The position numbers were made by a program, and so were the translations under genes. Shown here one piece after another: positions 1-12,299 of a stretch of 64,000 nt of DNA. A model generated the notes under the pieces. That model saw nothing but the letters and a program-made list of their open reading frames with translations. It ran no database searches and had not been told where the DNA came from. The DNA comes from Coniocarpon cinnabarinum. Lineage: Eukaryota. Each line of letters opens with the position of its first letter. Positions within the stretch are counted from its first letter, which is position 1. The DNA is taken from the NCBI GenBank assembly GCA_051942205.1, contig JAVECO010000110.1, positions 1 through 64,000 on the forward strand. Direction: 5' to 3'.

Positions 1-194
1 AAGTAAATATACTGTGCCCCTAAGAATAACTAAGGGCCTAGCGCCTAGGGGGTCCTTTTTCTTTAGGGTTACGTGCCCTTATATATAGAAAGCCCTAGAG
101 AAAAACGCGTCTAGATACGTTAGGGTTAGGTGTATTAGCGTGGTAGTGCGCGTGCGCACGTAACCTTTTGTCCTACATTAGGCATAGCGTAATA
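1..194 (-). mobile_element. Ty3/Gypsy LTR, family B (partial, RIP-mutated)
   Basis: Reverse complement begins TATTACGCTATGCC (RIP form of TGTTACG) and aligns by eye with the LTR starting at 3437. Confidence 0.8.
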
Positions 195-1374
195 TAAGAA
201 TAAATCTTATAGATTTACTATATTAACTGCCTAATATATATTCTCCTAACTACTAGAATACTAGACCTCTACTAAGCTTAGGATACAACTCTACTAAGAA
301 ATTAACCTATAAGCTACTATCTACTATAACTACGTTACTACCTAATATAATAGCTAACTATTCTTTCTTTTTAAGGGCGTTATTCTAACTTAGCTTATCC
401 TTAGTAGAAGCGCGTAGTATATTATACTTATTCTAAAAAGCCTTAATAGCCTCTTTCTTCTTAATAACTAAGGCGTAACTCTCTTTTAATCTTTTCTTTG
501 CTTATTAAAGATAATCTAATACTTTCTAATACTTTACTTAAATAGACTTAGCTATACTTAATTAGCTAAGGTCTAGAGGTATTATAGGTAATACTAACCT
601 TCTTCTAATAATAGACAAATATTATATATCTTCTCTAAATAAGTATACTAAGCATAAATATAACTATTAGGTTAAATCTAATAACTAGCCTTTACTTAGA
701 AATATTGTAAGTAGGGAGGTATTTTAAATTTATATAAATTAATAAGAATAGACTATATTTATCTATAATTAGCTAGTAACTTAGGCTTTTAAGAATAGCC
801 TATAGCTACTTACTAGAAAAAAATAAAACTAGAAATAAATAATAGAAAGAAACATAGTTTTAAAGATTCTTATTAAGCTAGGATAACTTAACTTAAAGAG
901 AAAGGATTGTATTACGCCTTAGCTTTATACTAGCTCTATAAAGGGCTAAGAGTAAGCTAGACCGCAATATATAATTAAAACGTTAGAACTAATAGTATGT
1001 CCGCCTTATATAATAAGTTAGATAGTAGTAAATGTCTACTATATAGAATACCTAACTAAGCGGCTATATGCCTATAGCAGCTATCTTGCCTACTAGCAGC
1101 TATCTATCTTAGAGCGGCTACTAGTAGTATATCTATATATACTTTAGTCTATATAGTTAGGCTAATAACCCTCTCTTATAGATAGTCTTTAGTCTATTAA
1201 CTTATAATAAGTTTAGAATCTACTTTATTTCTCTAATACTTAAGTTACGTTTCTTATTTCTTGTCTATTAAGCCCCTTATTAGAGCCTGTCTAGTATAGT
1301 TACTTACTAGCTTCCTTCCTATTAGACAAGGATAGAAGGACACAGCCCAAGCCTTTGTTTAGCTAGACGTAACA
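195..1374 (+). mobile_element. 3' end of Gypsy element A: antisense ORF relic, polypurine tract and 3' LTR (910-1374)
   Basis: Purine tract AAAGAGAAAGGA lies just before TATTACGCC (910); the LTR ends GACGTAACA (1374), giving TGTTAC...GTAACA termini; heavy RIP. Confidence 0.7.
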
Positions 1375-1402
1375 CTTGTCCTATATTAGGCATAGCGTAA
1401 CA
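1375..1402 (-). mobile_element. 28-bp terminal remnant of a second family-B LTR
   Basis: CTTGTCCTATATTAGGCATAGCGTAACA nearly matches 167-194. Confidence 0.7.
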
Positions 1403-3722
1403 CCTTACTAAAGACCCTACTAGTTAACTTCTTAAATATTATAGACTTATTTATGTACTAACTTAGATATATAAAGCCTTTATTAAAGATTATTATAAAC
1501 AAGGTTACTAAGGTACTATATCTATAATTAAGAAGATAAGCTAAAAGTACTTTATTCCTAGCTTATAACATAAAACGTAACAAGTCTATAATAAATACAA
1601 CATCTATTTAAGATCCTAATAGGACAGATATAGGGTATATAGCAAACTATAGGTACTCCTAGTACTTAATAAACCTTAGTAAATAGTTATAACTAATTTT
1701 ATTATAGATCTACCTTAATTAGTTAACCTAAGTAATTTTTCTATATATAATTTAATTTGTGTTATTACTAATAAGCTTATAAAGTACTCCTACTTTATCC
1801 TAACTATCTCTAAGTTAATAGTATCTAGATTTATATTTATCTTTCTATAGCACGTTATAGCTTATTATAGCGTACTAGAGCGAATTATTTTAGATTATAA
1901 TAAATTATTTACTTTACACTTCTAGAGACTACTAACTTTACTTATAGGAATTAAGAGAGAGCTTAGCACTTTATTTTATCTATAAACTAATAGATAAACT
2001 AAACAAATAAACTAAATACTAGAAGAATTTCTTAGGAAATATATTAACTATTAATAAAATAATTAGGTATTGCTCTTACCTCTTATATAATTTATGTATA
2101 ACTTAAGCTATTTATAATTAACTAAGAAATCTCTATTCTTTACAAACTATAGATTAAATTTAGAACTAATATATAGGTCGATTATTAAAAGGAATTTAGC
2201 AGCTTAAGCTAAAATTTTATATAGACAACTATAAGATTTATACTATATACTATAAATTAAATACAACTATTTACACTAAAGAATAACCTACTATACTAAT
2301 AAGTATAGATCTAAGAGTCTAGATCTAAAGAAGAAGGATACTATCTATCTATAAAGAAAAAATATTAAAATAAAATAGCTAAGCAATAAATTAAATTTTA
2401 TAAAGCTTAGACCCTTTAAAATTTTAAAGAAACTTAGACCTATAATATACAAGTTATAGCTACTATATACTATAAGAATATACCCTATATTCTATATCTT
2501 ATTACTAGAACTAACTATAAATTAAGAGATAATAGAACTAATACTAATTTATAAGGACTTACAAGATCTTAAATATAAGGTTAAATTAATACTTAACTAC
2601 TAACAAGTATAAGAGAAATACAAATACCTTATTAAATAGAAGAGCTATACTAATAAAGATAATATTTAGGAACTAATTAAGAACCTAACCTACTACTAGA
2701 GGATATTATACTATTATTAATAACAATATCTAGATCTCTAATACTAGCACTCTTAGAGATAGACTTAATTCTACTTAGTAGATTCTATAATATACTATCC
2801 TATATTACTAAATTTTCTTTAATCTCTAATAGCTTGTTCTAATAAGCTATATTAATATTTATTTTCTTAAACTCTTTATAATAACTCTTAATATTATTTA
2901 TCCTTTAAGTTATTTTAAGCTACTTATAGTTATAGTATTCCTTTATCTTTCTCTTAGCTTCCTTAGCCTTTTAGACTATCTTATTAAATTCCTCTTGCTA
3001 CTCTTATATAAAGTTAACTATAGGAATTAGTATCTATCTATAAGAAAGATAGGGACTATTTACTATTCTTTGCAGTTATCTATATATTACACCTAGACTT
3101 CCTCTCTTTATAGATCTTATATATCGCCTCTATTAGAATTAGCTAATAGACTAGACCTTATTAGAAGCATATAGTATAAGAAGGTATAGTAAGAATAATA
3201 GGCTTTTTAACTTATTTAGAACATTTAATAGCGCGCTTAAGAAGTTCTAAAGAAATAGTTTTTTAAGGTAAAGATTTAGCTTTAGATTTTAATTTTAATA
3301 TACTAGCCTATATAATACTATTAGTAGTATTCTTATAAGAAGGTATAATAGCTTATATTTAAAGGGCGAAGAGAAATATAACTATTTGTATTCTACGCTA
3401 TAGTTGTTTAAGACGAATAACCTATAAAGAGGCTAATATTATGCTATACCTAATATAAGATAAAAGGTTATGTACGTATACGTACTACTATACTAATATA
3501 CTAGACTCTAACGTATCTAGATATATTCTTCTTTAGGGCCTTTAGTATATAAGAGTACGTAATCCTAAAGAAAAGGAACTCTCTAGACGCTAGGCCCTTA
3601 GTTACTCTTAGGGGTATAGTATATTAACTTATACCTTAGTCTATATAGTCTAATAGTAAGCCTACCTCTCTTTTAGGCTTAGTATTATTTAAATTTAGAA
3701 TTAACCTAACTTATAAGTTATA
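1403..3722 (+). mobile_element. 3' half of chromovirus-type Gypsy element C (integrase, chromodomain, antisense ORF, PPT, 3' LTR 3437-3722), RIP pseudogene
   Basis: De-RIPped translation shows the HHCC zinc finger (~1490-1610), integrase core, GPF/HPVFH-like motif (~2410-2500) and chromodomain (YEVE..L...YLIKWKGY....TWEP, ~2570-2700); the LTR matches 1-194. Confidence 0.85.
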
Positions 3723-3966
3723 AACTACTAAATTAATTACTTACTAGTTTATAGTATACCTTACTTTCTTAGATAGTACTACTACTATTAGATAAAGTAA
3801 TCTTTACTATAGTAGTATACTAGTTACTCTCCTCTATAGCCCTTACTACCTTTATCTCTTTATATTATTCCTTGTTATATTCTTCTATAGCAAAGGTTCT
3901 TATCTCTAGAATAGCTCTGCGCCTCCTTAGTTACTTAAGGGTAGGGTCCTCTATAGGGGCGTTACA
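3723..3966 (-). mobile_element. Partial LTR of element E
   Basis: Minus strand begins TGTAACGCCCC at 3966 and interrupts the gag ORF of element D. Confidence 0.55.
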
Positions 3967-4753
3967 ATAGTCTTCTATATAGAATTTAAACTATTTAGTA
4001 GTATCTTCTTTAAGATAGGTTATAGCAAATACTGCCTTAGTAGGTTTATTAATAAACTAATCTTTATTAACCTTAAACATAAATTTAAGCTTTAGGAGAA
4101 ATAAAGTTAGCTTCTTATAATTTTTATTAAAAGTGTCCTTTATTTTAATATTAACGTTTAATATATTATCTACGATAGATATTACTACTATAGTAGCTTA
4201 ATTAATCTTTCTATTCTCTAAGGACTAAGCCTAGGAATAATATAATATAGGTCTTAATATAGTAGACATATTAACTATAATAGAACTTAGTCTCTTTCTA
4301 GAGTCTACTAAAGTATTATATAGGGTTAAGGTAATCTTTTAGTAGCTTCTTATTATAATATAGTTAGAAAGAGAGCTAAAGGTTCTAACGCTAGAGAACT
4401 TACTCTTAAGTCTTATTTAGATTAGAAATAAAGGGTTTTAGTACTATATAAAGCTTATAACTTAGTATAAATAAAGTATATTTAAACTATAAGGTTAGTT
4501 AATAAGTTAGTAGACTACTATTCTATTAAGTAGTCTATTAGTCTAGCTATATAGATAATTCTATTTTATATAAATAAGTGTAGCTATTAGGGCCTTTCGC
4601 TTATATAGCCATCTTATTAGTCTATTAAGGCCCTAGGCTTTAGAGGTATAGAGCCTTCTCTCTGCCCTATTCTAATATTATAGTGTATAGGCCCTTCCTA
4701 CGATAGGAACTTTGTAAGAGCGTTCTAACCGTACTCGCGTTAGCGCCGTAACA
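3967..4753 (-). mobile_element. 5' LTR (4488-4753) and gag start of Gypsy element D, RIP pseudogene
   Basis: LTR starts TGTTACGGCG at 4753; de-RIPped gag-like motif TFDG..KL..FL..L...F......KAVFAMTYLKGDAAEWF at ~3980-4140. Confidence 0.7.
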
Positions 4754-5690
4754 TTAGGAGTCTTCTAGATTAGACTAGACCTAGTTAATTAGCAATTAAA
4801 GCACTAGCGCTATACGCTCTATACTCCTCTACAAAGCTATATAGACTACTAGCGCGTAGACGTTTAATAGCCTTATTGTAGTATAGTACGTTTAGATTAA
4901 GATAAGACTTCTAGATACTATAGGAGATAGTGCTTAGTAAAACTAGTAGTATTCTAAAGCCGCCTAAATTACTAGTAAGCCTATGTAATAGGGCGCTAGA
5001 CCTTACCTAATAGCGGATATTAGGTAGTACCTTTGCTAGCGCCTTACTAACGATCTCTATAATTAAGCTAGTAAATATAGCCAGCTTAATACCTAGATTA
5101 TTACATTTAAACTACTCTTTTAAAGAATAGAAAACATACAACTAACATTGCTATATTACGTTAGACAGGTACAATAATAGTTTACGTAGATATATAAAGC
5201 TCCCTAGGTTAATATACGCCTTAGTAAGCGTTAAGTAGATTGCTGCAACAATTCACTTAAGGTCCCCCCTAGCAAATATATATAATATCTAAATATTGTA
5301 AGCTATAGGTTAAACGTTTAGGTTAGTATTAAATAAGGGTTTTAGCTAGTCCTATAGAATATACGTAATTTCTATTAGTAATCTTCTTAAGGTACCTATA
5401 GTATTAGGCTAAGTAACGTTATAGACAAAGTCTTAGAACTGTAGAGTATTAGCCTATCTATATAGAAATCTGTAGTATAGCTTGTATTAGGATTATCTAT
5501 AAGATTATTTGCTAGGCCTATTTTAAGCCTTTCTTAAACTTTACGGCTTATTAAAGCGCCTATATCTAGGCTTAGATAATTTAAGAGGCTAAGTTATATT
5601 AGTTTTAGTTATAGGCGACGCTAGCATTAACTTATCTACGCAGTAGATGCCACCAGCGACACTCTAGCCTATATTATTAATAGCTTAAAA
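4754..5690 (-). pseudogene. RIP-inactivated hypothetical gene interrupted by the LTR stack
   Basis: Protein-like reading when TAA/TAG are reverted to CAA/CAG/TGG; no family recognised. Confidence 0.4.
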
Positions 5691-5849
5691 CGATAGACCT
5701 ATGTATAGGTAGAGCACATGGCTACTTGTACCTAAACCGTACTAAGATAAATAAACCCTAGTCTACATGTATATTCTGCTCGGACCGTAAAGTGCCTACG
5801 GAGTACGCACTATGTACTTGTCTATCTATGTACCTATTCTACATGTAGG

Positions 5850-8319
5850 CGCCGACCGACCCTCTAGATTCTCCTCCTCCTATATTTCTTGCTACTTTCT
5901 TTTGGCCGCTTGTGACCGCGCCGTCCGCTTTTGCGCTTTCCTAACTCGCGCTCTGATTTGCTCTTGCTTTCGTTGTCTTCCGCACCGCTGCTATCACTGT
6001 CCAAGGACAAAGGCTCAAGCATACGATCCGCTTTCTTGTTGCTCTTCTTTGCCTTCTTAGTTGTCGCTTGCCTCCGCTAAGGTTCCTCTTTAGACTCTAA
6101 ATTGGTTTCGTCCCTATCTTGGGCAGTTATGCGTTTTTTAGTATAACTCTACTAGCGTGTTAGCTCTAGGCCTAGCTTGCTAACAGTACATATATCTGCT
6201 TGCTCTAAGGCTTTCGCTATGCTTTCTCCTAGTTATTAGAGCTATTATTCGTATTAATAAACTAAAAGCGCTTTTCTTAATATTTCTGCTATAATGTAAG
6301 TATCTTTACTGTACTTATTAGGGATATACGTACTTTCTTCTGTATACTTGACCTCTTCTTATGCTAATAGCCTTTATCCTTATTATTAGATATAACGAAT
6401 CTATCTCTCTTATACTTATCTTCTCTTAAGCATCTTAACTTCTGCTTTTTAGACTCGCGATAGTGCTATACCCCGTATACAAAAAGCTAGGGGTACTCTT
6501 TACGCTTCTTTTTAGATAACTCTTTTTAGGTGATTAGATTAAGTCTCTTTTTTAGACGGCTCCTAAAAATCCTCTAATTATAGGACTATTTCTTAATAGC
6601 ATTATTAATCAGCTCGTTAGCTTTAGGCTTACTATAGATCCTAATTAATTACAAGCAGGTAAGCTATTTCTTTATTAGCAAGCTATCTTCTAATATTTTA
6701 AATAATACTAAGACGTAGGTAGCTAGCTCGTTATCCAAGCTCTATTCACTCTCCGCCCTAGCAACGTACAAGATTTTCTCGATATTGTCTTATTCGCGTT
6801 TAAGAAGCCTCTTAGGATGCGGCAATATAAATTTAGGGCTCTTAAGCTTTTTCTAGTTTTCTCGGCTAAGCTTAGACCCTTATATTACCTAAAAGAACTA
6901 TTGCTGCTCTATGCCTATATTAATAAGTATATAGAAGCTAGTGCCTATCTTTCTAACGCCTTTAATTAGCCTAAAGCGGGATCTTTTTCCTTATATTAAA
7001 GTTAGATGTACGCTAGTATTATTATAATCGTTGTTCTTCTTTTTTTCGCTAGATTTAGTTTTAGAATACACTTTCGCTTAGGTGCCTAAGTTATTATAAT
7101 CGTCCTTATCTTGTTACTTAAGCTTCTTCTAAGTTTCTTGCTTCTCCTATACTTTCTTAATTAGATTTTTGATTCTCTTGTATTATTTCTTTATAAAATC
7201 CTTATTATTGCGTCTAGACTTTCTAACCCTTAATTATAGTTGCCGCTTATCTTTCTAGGATATAGGTCTTATGTTATCTAACGTAAACCTTATATTCTTA
7301 TAACTAGAGAGTTTTATTTATTTTTAGATAAGTGGAGTCTCTTTCTAACCAAGAATAGTTGGTTCTAGTTCGCTTAGACGTATTACCTATATAGCATTTA
7401 CCTAGATATTTCGTAGGTTATCTATTATAACTAGGAATATATCTAGACCCTACTGCTGTAGGTTCTTCTCCTTATCTTATAATAAAGACTACTATTCCTT
7501 ATACTCTTAAACTTTTTAAGAAGCCTCTTTAGGCTTTTGCTAAAATACACACTTAAGCTAGTTATCAAAAATACGCTATCTATCTGCAAGAAGCTAGACC
7601 TCTGCTAGAAGTGTAGCGTTAATACTAGCATTAATTATATCCTTTTCTAATTCTAATTTGCTAGGTAAGTGCTAAAAAATATTGTGTAGTCGTAGCATAA
7701 TATTAGGGTTATACAATAGTTAGAAAGGCGTTTAAGTCTTTATAAGCGTCCTATAGGTAACTACTACTAATTTTAAAAGGTCTTTTACTATTACTAGCTT
7801 TTTGTAGTCCTTTAGATAATCTCCCTTAAAGCTACTTATAATTTTCCCTACAAGATTAATATATACGCCTATAGTTATGGCAAGGAACTCGATAGCCTAG
7901 GCTAGCACCTAACCTTCCTCTTTGCCAACCTATCTATTCTTTTACGCATATTTTACTAAAGTCTTGTTATACTTAATAATCCCTGCGTTACTCTTCTACT
8001 AATTAAACCCGTCTTTCTATTACTTTATCTAAACGTTACAATACAGGGCTTTGTAGAAGTTAGAGATTTTCTTTAGGAGCTTTATTCGATATTCTAACGC
8101 GTTACAGGCGCTATCGCTTACTAATTCCGCTCGTCGACGTATCTCTTCGTCGTCTTCGTCTTCGTCTTCGTTGTCGTCTTTATTATCTTAGTTTTCTCCT
8201 ATTACGATATCTTCGTTAGGGTGGTTACCTGTTCTAAGGTTCTAATTAGACTTGCCCTAATCTTTGACGCCTTTAGTTAAAGACGTAATGTTTGTTTTTT
8301 TTTAGTTGTCCTACGCCAT
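5850..8319 (-). pseudogene. RIP-inactivated large hypothetical gene(s) with acidic N-terminal tract
   Basis: ATG at 8319, DEDEDDEE tract near 8145-8180, long protein-like stretches broken by RIP-type stops; no DUF3435 motif recognised. Confidence 0.45.
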
Positions 8320-8559
8320 CTTAACTAGTTTGCTAGTTTAAACCGCTAGGTTGCTTTATTAGGTATACTAAACGTCGACTAGTTCTACCTAATTCATAAA
8401 AGTGTTTGTAGCCTATACAGATTTCTTGTTTTAATAGAATTGTAGTCTAGCAAGAACTATTAATATATAAATCTAATACTTAAGCACTATCTAACAACTA
8501 AGCAGTCGGGACAAGACCTTAAGCGCCTCGCATTCTATATTCTTAAACTCAAGTATATA

Positions 8560-9025
8560 TAGCTTATTTTAGTATTATAGAGACACTAACATATAAATCT
8601 ACACCTACGCTTCTCTTGCTCTAGCTCTTTAAGGCGTAGGCGCTATATAGAGATTATAAGTTAGATATATAGGTTTTATATCTTTACACTAAATCTCTAC
8701 AATAGCGTAATACTAACACTAGCGCTAATTTAGTCGCTAACTCTAATTCTAATACTATCGCTAATTTTAATAAAATTAGGTGATTAAGCCTATAGACTTG
8801 TTCTAACGCTATCTAAGACTATAGGACGTCCATAGTACACTAACAAGCCGTCTTACGGCCTAGGCGCCTCTATCTCTTCTCTATATATTCCTTAGATTGC
8901 GGCGTTCCTAGCAAACACGCCTACAGCGTCGTCTATAGCAATATTTAGAATATTATCTAGCACGCTGCTTACAGCAATTACTGTCCTGTTATTAATTACC
9001 TTAGAAGTCGTTAGAGCTTAGAAGT
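8560..9025 (-). pseudogene. RIP-inactivated small hypothetical gene
   Basis: About 150 codons are readable in one frame once RIP stops are reverted. Confidence 0.35.
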
Positions 9026-9317
9026 TGTATATAACACTACAGTATAAATAACCTTTTTATGCTCTCCCATAAATCTTTTATGGGGCTGGTCCGCGCAGGA
9101 TACTAACAATAAACGAAGTGAACAAATACTAAAAGGTGCAAGGGAAATAACCTAATCTGGTAGGATTATATAAGCGATCAAATGAAACCTAAGAGCGCGC
9201 GCTAATCAGGTTGGAGCTCAGCGCTAGTCACCGAACACTCGGTCTAGGACCTCGCGCCATGTCAGCAGTATAAGTAACGTGCCCCGCGTATTCCAGTAAA
9301 AGCCAAAAGCAAAATTA

Positions 9318-10098
9318 ATGGCGTCCTACAAAGCATTTTTGCAAACTATCCTTATACTCCAAGTCTGCTCCTTTGCTGTTGGGCACAGCTGGGTTAAGGA
9401 GACATACTATGTAGAGAAAAACGACTTTCCTATTGGCACATTGGGTTAGATACGCAATTATAGTGAGTACTATCGTCTGATTTGATAGAGTATTACTAAC
9501 GCCATCAGCTCCTCGCACTGCTCCAGACTTTAATAACCCTACGAATACTTACCAGCTTCCCCCTAATCCCCGCTCTTACGTAGATAAGACTAACATAATC
9601 TATAGTAAAAGCTAAAGGCGTCAGAATCTTACCGGAGCTATTGATATCTCACCAGGTAGACGCGTCTTACTTAGATACAGCGAGAACGGTCACATTACCA
9701 AGCCTTGGAACAACGCGCCAACAAAGCGAGGTCCTGGTGTGATTTATGTATATAGTACTAAGACATCACGCTCTAATGATACACTTTTAACCGCGTTAAA
9801 CGACTAGAGCGGTGGCGCGACGGAGGGAGGTACGCTGTTAGGAAGTTTTGGCTTCGATGACGGAGCATGTTATCAGTACTCCAATGACAGCTCTATCGCC
9901 CTAGAAAGAGAGGCCGCCTATCTAGCACCATAGCTATAGACAGGCGTTCTTTGTAACGTTACAGTAACATTGCCCACTATCGTCAACTCGTCGGTATACA
10001 CGCTATACTAGGTCTAGAACTTTACGGGTAGCGGGACCCCAGACTACTACACATCCTGTTTAGATTTGAGAATTTTAACTCCCACCGGCCTACATTAG
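9318..10098 (+). pseudogene. Secreted fungal protein of the HSWVE...FDDG.CYQ...YTLYWVW...YTSC family (DUF7492-like, name from memory), RIP-damaged
   Basis: Signal peptide-like MASYKAFLQTILILQVCSFAVG followed by HSWV; YSENGHITKP, FDDGACYQ, YTLY*V*NF, YYTSCLD; Trp codons converted to TAG. Confidence 0.7.
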
Positions 10099-10688
10099 AA
10101 TAGAATGAGATTCCGTATTTGTCCAAGATGTCTTTTCTGCGTGGCGACTACTTGGCGTTAGATATCAGAACGACCCAGGTGATGCAATTGACGCAATACC
10201 GCGAGGGAACGATTGGTTGACAGTGAGCGAAGTGGCAGACTGAAATCGCTCCAAACATAAGACCAACCGGTGCGTCAACGCTTCCAGATGTCCAGATGCC
10301 CATCCGCATTGCGTTCGCAACAAGATGCCTCGTCAGCCTCAGCGGTGGCGCCGCATCGTCGGTGTCTCGACATAAGCCGACCCCTCGTCACAGCGCGATC
10401 ACGCCGCATCGTCGATGTCTCGACATAAGTCGACCTTCGTCACAGCCCCAGCGGTGCCACTTCGTCGGTACCTCGTCACGCGGCCGCCCCGTCGACGCCT
10501 CAGCGCATCGTACCTACGCCTTGACAACAGGAGGCCGAGACCAGCAGAATGCATAAGGCGCTTCCCTCGCCGTCAGGTGGCATCGACGCTTTTTCCGGCT
10601 CGATAGTTACCTTCTTCTGGCAAAGCAGACCATTTGTCACGAACCGACCCCTCCAGTCTAATTTCAACGTCCCGCGCGCCTTTGCAAT

Positions 10689-11620
10689 ATGGATCGAAAA
10701 CGCCCCGCTTCTCCGCCTCTCCTAGTGAGAGTACACAAGCGTTCGATACTTGATATGGGCTCTCCCTCCGAGTTAGAGGTGTTCGAGCCAGTGGGACTTG
10801 AGCCTCCCATCCTCCATAATGTGCGTTGGGGAAGGCTATCCTTCAATCTGTCTAACTTCTTTTGCAGACTGGCTATGTTTGGAATGCTTTGAGCGATTTG
10901 CGAAACCCTATCACGAAAAGGACCGCGGCCGATAAGGACGTGGAGCTCTCAGAGTGTAGGAAAGCAGAGCTGCCAACTAAGAGTCAAGTCGCGAGTGCTT
11001 TCTAAGAAATCGAAGACGCTATCCGTACTAGTCCTGTGTAGCTGAAGCGACTGGGTTGCTATATACCGACCTGGAGTCGCGATATCGTCGCGATGGGTGG
11101 GGACGCCTAGCCCGCTGGTCCCTTATAAGATGACGAAGTGACCTGTCTTCTTAGCAATGCTAGAGCCGAGGAGACGCGCCTAGAGCTTAGAGCTGCAATC
11201 GGCAGCAATGATGGCCTAGAGAAGGCCGTTATACGATTTAGAAACCTGTCGACGATGTATAGCATCTATGTCGCGTTGCTCGTCGGACTTGAACGTAGGC
11301 TGTTCTGGACTATTCCTAAGATATATCCGGATACTAAGGAGGATCGCGAGCGTGCGGTTTTATTATGTCTCTAGTATACGCGACTCCTAGCATGCTTGAT
11401 ATTTATACGACTTACTTAGCATTAGCTTTACAAGACTTTGTTGTGGTAACACCTCTTGAACACTAAACAAGCAGATTGGGTTCAAGATTAAAAGAGATTT
11501 GGTATTGTCTACGGAAAATATATAGAGCTTTGCGAGAGACTCCGGGAGTATCTTTGGATTGACACATCTTTGGGAGCATGTTTATATTTTAATGGCAGGA
11601 TATAACTTAGCACGTAAATG
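10689..11620 (+). pseudogene. RIP-damaged hypothetical gene
   Basis: ORF fragments 10689-10892 and 11138-11374 with RIP-type stops between them; no family recognised. Confidence 0.35.
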
Positions 11621-12299
11621 AGGTGGAGATGCAAGAACACTCCGTACCTAAGGCTCAGTTTGCTTTGAATATCTCGAATCGCTATATGCTACTTTAGGTA
11701 AATAGCTCTGTCGCAAAGCTGTCCGGGCTGCCTCGGTCCGAGGACGGCAGCTCCCGACGGGCGCCTAGGTGTCTCACAGCCCCACCTAGATCTGAAGGCC
11801 ATATTCTGATACCAGGTAGGATATCCTAGATACGAAGCGCGACGCCGGAGTTAAGCCTCGCTTAAACGGAAGTAAGGCGAATTCGATAGCGACGAAGATT
11901 AAGTCTACGGGTACGTCATCTAATAAAGAACTGGTTAAGAAGTGTTAAGAAGAAGTAAGTCCGATAGAAGCGCAAAGATGCCAGTCTAACTTTCTAACTA
12001 GATAGATAGTGCAGAATACAAGGCTATAGAATAGGTGACGCTATCTAACAACGTCTAAATAACACCGTCTAAAGACACTTTAGCCGTTGTAATTGATATG
12101 CGTACTAAAGAAGGTCGAATTACTATAGTGAAGCTGGACTTAAATAATGTCTTATATATTAATAGCGTTGGCACTAAAGAGAAGGGCAATTTTATAATAA
12201 TCCTATAGCAGGAGGATTAGAAATTCTTTTGTGGTGGATCTACGCGAGTTAGATATGTCGAGCGAAAATAATTTATCTGTCATCTGTATATAACTCTAC

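Noticed and set aside
119..131. Telomeric TTAGGG repeat
   Set aside because: Fewer than two full units and located inside an LTR.
5850..8319. Possible Starship captain (DUF3435 tyrosine recombinase)
   Set aside because: Size is compatible, but no recombinase catalytic motifs could be recognised after manual de-RIPping, and it is not at a visible element end.
10601..10622. GATAGTTACC as the missing 5' piece of the 5S gene
   Set aside because: Only about 9 nt match the predicted sequence and the helix I strand (ACGTACG) is absent; likely chance.
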